Assembly: GCA_963748015.1 (NCBI GenBank)
Contig: CAVVHE010000008.1
Coordinates: 128,001 to 192,000 of the forward strand
Length of the DNA: 64,000 nucleotides
Origin: Terriglobia bacterium
GTDB taxonomy: Bacteria > Acidobacteriota > Polarisedimenticolia > Polarisedimenticolales > JAIQFR01
Direction: 5' to 3'
Shown here: positions 59,847-64,000 of the stretch, in pieces
Layout of the letters: each line of letters begins with the position of its first letter
Position numbering within the stretch: position 1 is the first letter of the stretch
Notes under the pieces: generated by a model
Told to the model about the DNA's origin: nothing
The model's database searches: none
The model's input: the letters and a program-made list of their open reading frames with translations, nothing else
Program-made: the position numbers and the translations under genes

Positions 59847-60803
59847 ATGACGGGTCTCGAAAGGGCGTGCACGATCGCGCTCAGGGATTGCCTCGGTGTG
59901 AAGCCGGGCGAGTCGCTGCTCGTGGTCACGGACGGCGAGCTCGCGGCGATCGGGCGCGCGCTCCTCGACGCGGGGCGGAAGCTCACCGACCGCGCGTTCT
60001 ACCTCGAGATCCCCGCGGGGGGCGTGCCGGGGAGCGAGCCGCCGCCCGGCGTCGCGGAGCTGATGGCGCGCGTGAGCGCGGTCGTGGCCCCGACGAGCCG
60101 CTCGCTGACCCATACCGAGGCGCGGCGTTCGGCCTGCGCCGCCGGCGCGCGCGTCGCCACGATGCCGGGGATCACCGAGGACACGCTGGTGCGCTGCCTC
60201 GACGCCGACGTGCACGCGATCGCGCGGCGCGCCGACCGGGTGGCCGAGATCTTGACGCGCGGGAAGGTCGCGAGGGTCACGAATCCCGCCGGGACCGACG
60301 TCACGCTGCCGATCGAGGGGATCAAGGCGATCGCGTCGCGTGGGCTGATCCTCGAGGCCGGGCAGTTCGGGAACCTCCCGTCCGGCGAGGCCTACCTGAT
60401 GCCGGTGGAGGGGGCGGCGCAGGGGATCGTGGTCGTGGACGGCGCGATGGCGGGCTTGGGCGTGATCGAGGACGAGCCGATCCGGATCCGCGTGGTGGAC
60501 GGCCTCGCGGTGGAGGTGAGCGGCGGAGAGGAGGCCCGTAGGCTCCTGGCGCTCATGGACAAGGCCGGGCCGGACGCCCGCAACGTCGCGGAGCTCGGAG
60601 TCGGCACCAACGACCGGGCGAGGATCACCGGGACGATCCTCGAGGACGAGAAGATCCTCGGCACCGTGCACATCGCCTTCGGCAACAACGCCTCGATGGG
60701 CGGCACGGTGAAGGTCCCGTTCCACCTCGACGGCGTGATCCTCGCCCCCACCCTCGTCGTGGACGGCGAGATCCTGCTCGAGGACGGCAACCCGCGCTTC
60801 TGA
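59847..60803 (+). CDS. Aminopeptidase-like protein (M29 related)
   Basis: GNLPSGEAY, VAELGVGTN, EDEKILGTVHIAFG, HLDG. Confidence 0.85.
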   Translation: MTGLERACTIALRDCLGVKPGESLLVVTDGELAAIGRALLDAGRKLTDRAFYLEIPAGGVPGSEPPPGVAELMARVSAVVAPTSRSLTHTEARRSACAAGARVATMPGITEDTLVRCLDADVHAIARRADRVAEILTRGKVARVTNPAGTDVTLPIEGIKAIASRGLILEAGQFGNLPSGEAYLMPVEGAAQGIVVVDGAMAGLGVIEDEPIRIRVVDGLAVEVSGGEEARRLLALMDKAGPDARNVAELGVGTNDRARITGTILEDEKILGTVHIAFGNNASMGGTVKVPFHLDGVILAPTLVVDGEILLEDGNPRF

Positions 60804-60947
60804 TGCGCGGAATCCATCGGTAAATGCGCCGGGGCGCGCAGACCGCACCGGAAAGGTACGGTTTCGAGCCCCGGCGCGCCGCCTCCCGCCGTTGCACGGA
60901 CCTTGCTTCTCTAGTAACCCTGTCCTCCAAATACCGGAGAAGCGCTC

Positions 60948-61970
60948 ATGCAGACTCTTCGGATGAAGACGGAGTTCCTCCCGACCCTGCTGAAAGGGCT
61001 CGCGCCCTGGGGGACGCTGTACGCTCCCGTGGAGCGCGCGCCGGGGGTCTACTCGCTCGAGGCGACGGGCGAGGACGTGTCGCGCGCGCGCCCCGAGGCG
61101 CTGCGGACGATCGTCCCGTTCAAGAAGCTGCTGCTCAAGCCGCGCTTCACGATGCTGGAGCAGGGCGAGAGGGGCGCTTCGGTCGAGAGCCGCGAGAACG
61201 ACTTCGAGCCGCGCGTGTTCTTCGGCGCGCACGCCTGCGACATCCACGCGCTCAAGATCACCGACCTGATGTACCTCTCCGATTACCCCGACCCGTACTA
61301 CCGGCGCAACCGGGAGTCGTTGACCGTGATCGGCTTCGGTTGCATGCCGGACGAGAAGTGCTTCTGCCACTCGCTCAACACGTCGAACGTGGACGAGGGA
61401 TACGACCTGTTCCTCACGCCGCTCGAGGGGCGGTTCCTGGCCACCGTCGGCAGCGCGCGCGGCGACGACATCGTCCGCGCCAACTCCGGCCTGTTCGAGG
61501 CCTCGACGCCGCAGGACACGCGGGACTACCTCGAGCGCCTCAAGAGGCGCGAGAAGGCCTTCACGCTCTCGATGGACGTGACCGACCTCCCGTACGTGCT
61601 CGAGCTGAAGAAGGACGATCCGGTCTGGCAGGAGCTCGGCAAGAAGTGCCTCTGCTGCGGCTCCTGCTCGATGGTCTGCCCGACCTGCACCTGCTTCAAC
61701 GTCGCCGACGAGATCCCCAGGGAGGGGGCGGCGGCCCGAGTGCGGACGTGGGACTCCTGCCTCTACCGCGAGTACGCGCTCGTCGCGGGAGGCCACAACT
61801 TCCGGGACGACCGGGCCGACCGGGTCAAGAACCGCTACTACCACAAGCAGGAGGCGTTCGTGAGGGAGTTCGGGATGCCCTCCTGCGTCGGGTGCGGCCG
61901 GTGCATCGAGAACTGCCCCACCGGCATCAACGTGGTGGAGGTCTTCCGTTACGTGCGAGGTGACCTATGA
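60948..61970 (+). CDS. hydB: Group 3b hydrogenase (sulfhydrogenase) beta subunit, AsrA-like Fe-S protein
   Basis: GAHACD, CFC, CLCCGSCSMVCPTCTCF, WDSC, CVGCGRCIENCP. Confidence 0.85.
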   Translation: MQTLRMKTEFLPTLLKGLAPWGTLYAPVERAPGVYSLEATGEDVSRARPEALRTIVPFKKLLLKPRFTMLEQGERGASVESRENDFEPRVFFGAHACDIHALKITDLMYLSDYPDPYYRRNRESLTVIGFGCMPDEKCFCHSLNTSNVDEGYDLFLTPLEGRFLATVGSARGDDIVRANSGLFEASTPQDTRDYLERLKRREKAFTLSMDVTDLPYVLELKKDDPVWQELGKKCLCCGSCSMVCPTCTCFNVADEIPREGAAARVRTWDSCLYREYALVAGGHNFRDDRADRVKNRYYHKQEAFVREFGMPSCVGCGRCIENCPTGINVVEVFRYVRGDL

Positions 61971-62866
61971 CCGACGGGATCCCGGAGCGACTGCCGGTCC
62001 GCGGCGGGCCCCGCAGACTGCCGACGGGCGAGAACCCCTACGCGACCGCGCCGGCGCGAGTCATGAGGGTGACCGACCTCGTCCCCGACGTGCGCCTCTT
62101 CGACTTCCGGTTCACCGACGGAGCGCTCGCGGAGCAGTTCACGTTCCGCCCCGGCCAGTTCGTGATGCTGTCGATCCTCGGCGTGGGCGAGGCCCCGTTC
62201 TCCCTCCCGTCGTCGCCCACCCGGCGCGGGTACTTCCAGCTCGGCATCCGCCGCCTCGGCAGCGTCACCAACTACCTCTTCGACAACGTGCGCGAGGGGG
62301 ACGTGGTGGGGATCCGCGGCCCGCTCGGGAACGGCTTCCCGGTGGAGAAGTTCGAGAAGCAGGACCTGCTCATGGTGGCGGGGGGGCTCGGGATGGTCCC
62401 GCTGCGCGGGCTCCTCCAGTACGCCATCGACCTTCGCGACCGGTTCGGCCGGGTGATCCTCGCGTACGGCGCGCGGAGCCCGGAGCTGGTGCTGTTCCGC
62501 GACGAGCTGGAGTCGATCGCCCGCCGCGGTGACGCCGAGGTGCTGCTCTCGGTGGAGAGCGCGTCGGGTCATCCCTGGCCGGGGAAGCTGGGCGTCGTGA
62601 CCGAGCTGCTCGACGAGATCAAGGTGGACGTGACCCGCACGTACGCCGTCGCCTGCGGACCGCCGGTCTTCTACAAGTTCATGATGGAGAAGCTGGTGGC
62701 GGCGCACTTCGCCAAGGACCGCATCTTCCTGAGCCTCGAGCGCCGGATGGAGTGCGGCGTCGGGAAGTGCGGGCACTGCGCGGTGGGGTACACCTTCACC
62801 TGCCTCCACGGCCCCGTATTCTCGTTCTGGGACGCGATCAACCTGCCCGAGCTGATCTACACGTAG
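61967..62866 (+). CDS. hydG: Group 3b hydrogenase gamma subunit (FAD/NAD(P)-binding, 2Fe-2S)
   Basis: FRPGQF, GEAPFS, RGPLGNGF, AGGLG, CGPP, MECGVGKCGHC..C..GPVF. Confidence 0.87.
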   Translation: MTDGIPERLPVRGGPRRLPTGENPYATAPARVMRVTDLVPDVRLFDFRFTDGALAEQFTFRPGQFVMLSILGVGEAPFSLPSSPTRRGYFQLGIRRLGSVTNYLFDNVREGDVVGIRGPLGNGFPVEKFEKQDLLMVAGGLGMVPLRGLLQYAIDLRDRFGRVILAYGARSPELVLFRDELESIARRGDAEVLLSVESASGHPWPGKLGVVTELLDEIKVDVTRTYAVACGPPVFYKFMMEKLVAAHFAKDRIFLSLERRMECGVGKCGHCAVGYTFTCLHGPVFSFWDAINLPELIYT

Positions 62867-62877
62867 GGGAGAGCTCC

Positions 62878-63663
62878 ATGGCCAGCGCCAAGCCCAAGGT
62901 CGGGATCTTCGGCCTCACCGGTTGCGCGGGAGACCAGCTGCAGATCCTCAACTGCGAGGACGAGCTGCTGCGGCTCGCCGAGCGCATGGACATCGTGGAC
63001 TGGGTCATGGTCCGTTCCCAGAACGACCACACCTGCCGCCTCGACGTCGCCTTCGTCGAGGGGGTCGTCGCCACCCAGCGGGACCTGCGAAACCTGAAGG
63101 CGATCCGCGGGCGCGCGAAGACGCTCGTGGCGGTCGGCACCTGCGCGGTGTGGGGCGGGCTGCCCGCGATGCGGAACGAGATCCCGCGCGACGTCCTGCA
63201 GCAGGAGGTCTACAGGAGCGACGCCCCGTTCCTGGACACCGTCGAGGCGCGCCCGGCGACCGACTTCGTTCCGTTCGAGTTCTCGCTCCCAGGTTGTCCG
63301 ATCGAGCGGCACGAGTTCCTCCGCGTCGCGAACGCCCTGCTCGCCTCGACCGTCCCCGAGCTCCCGAAGGTGCCGGTCTGCTGGGAGTGCAAGACCCGCG
63401 AGAACCTCTGCCGCGTCGTCCACTTCAACGAGGTCTGCTGCGGCGCCATGACGCGCGGCGGCTGCGGCGCGCGCTGTCCCTCCCACGGCGTGGCCTGCGC
63501 CGGGTGCCGCGGCCTCGCCGAGGAGACCAACTACGACGCGAACATCACCATGTTCAAGGACCGGGGGATCTCGTGGGTCGAGATCGCGCGGCGGATGGAG
63601 AACTTCTCCTCGCCGGTCTGGATGAAGATGGGGCTGGAGCAGGAGGTGCGCGGTGGAAGCTAG
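62878..63663 (+). CDS. hydD: [NiFe]-hydrogenase small (delta) subunit
   Basis: TGCAGD, FVEG, AVGTCA..GG, PGCP, VCWEC..C..C.G..TRGGCGARCP..CAGCRG. Confidence 0.87.
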   Translation: MASAKPKVGIFGLTGCAGDQLQILNCEDELLRLAERMDIVDWVMVRSQNDHTCRLDVAFVEGVVATQRDLRNLKAIRGRAKTLVAVGTCAVWGGLPAMRNEIPRDVLQQEVYRSDAPFLDTVEARPATDFVPFEFSLPGCPIERHEFLRVANALLASTVPELPKVPVCWECKTRENLCRVVHFNEVCCGAMTRGGCGARCPSHGVACAGCRGLAEETNYDANITMFKDRGISWVEIARRMENFSSPVWMKMGLEQEVRGGS

Positions 63664-64000
63664 GACCATCACGATTCCCCACCTCGGGAGGGTCGAGGGG
63701 CACGGCGGCATCTTCGTCAAGATCGTGGGCGACACCGTCCACGAAGTGAACATGGACATCTACGAGGGGAGCCGCTACTACGAGGCCCTGCTCCGGGGGA
63801 AGCACTTCCTCGAGGTGCAGGGGATCATCACGCGGGTCTGCGCGATCTGCTCGGCGAACCACACCGTGGCGGCCCTCACCGCCCTCGAGAACGCGCTCGG
63901 GATCGAGCCGCCGGACCGGATCCACAGGCTCCGCGGCCTCCTTCTTCTCGGCGCCACCATCGAGTCGCACGCGCTGCACGTGTTCGCGCTGGCGCTCCCC
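63653..64000 (+). CDS. hydA: [NiFe]-hydrogenase large (alpha) subunit, runs off the window
   Basis: Translated by hand from GTG 63653: RVEGHG, RYYE, L1 motif RVCAICSANH. Confidence 0.88.
   Translation, partial: MEARTITIPHLGRVEGHGGIFVKIVGDTVHEVNMDIYEGSRYYEALLRGKHFLEVQGIITRVCAICSANHTVAALTALENALGIEPPDRIHRLRGLLLLGATIESHALHVFALALP

Noticed and set aside
60892..60908. Sigma54 promoter before the hydrogenase operon (TTGCAC-N5-TTGCT)
   Set aside because: Spacing fits but the near-invariant GG at -24 is TG, so it is not supportable without data.
60948..62866. asrAB anaerobic sulfite reductase
   Set aside because: The next genes are [NiFe] small and large subunits rather than asrC, so these are group 3b hydrogenase beta and gamma subunits.

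Overview
A very GC-rich bacterial chromosomal segment of mostly housekeeping and metabolic genes. The gene mix (Ser/Thr kinase with TolB-like repeats, membrane PP2C, GT39, wHTH-uppS cluster) suggests an uncultured Acidobacteriota-like lineage, which is inference only. It carries pepF (partial), a cysteine desulfurase, a dsrC / NarI-DsrM-like / DsrK-like operon ending in an L,D-transpeptidase, mscL, copA, leuS, fbaB, ampG, a ClpX-like ATPase, fabF, uppS, a HerA-like ATPase, nth, an NfeD-flotillin-beta-CA-like operon, glk-tkt, an OmpA/TSP3 protein, acs, gnd-zwf-opcA, a degenerate CdsA plus a PlsC/kinase-like fusion, and the start of a group 3b [NiFe]-hydrogenase operon. I saw no tRNA, rRNA, CRISPR array or transposase. 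About nine single-base frameshifts in core genes look like long-read errors. The least explained signal is non-coding: (i) a three-copy three-way-junction element with swapped stem sequences but conserved junctions, (ii) a two-copy ~195-bp rod with compensatory changes and copy-specific perfect outer stems, (iii) an 89-bp palindrome bracketing, and translated within, the L,D-transpeptidase gene, and (iv) a CTAG-bounded MITE.
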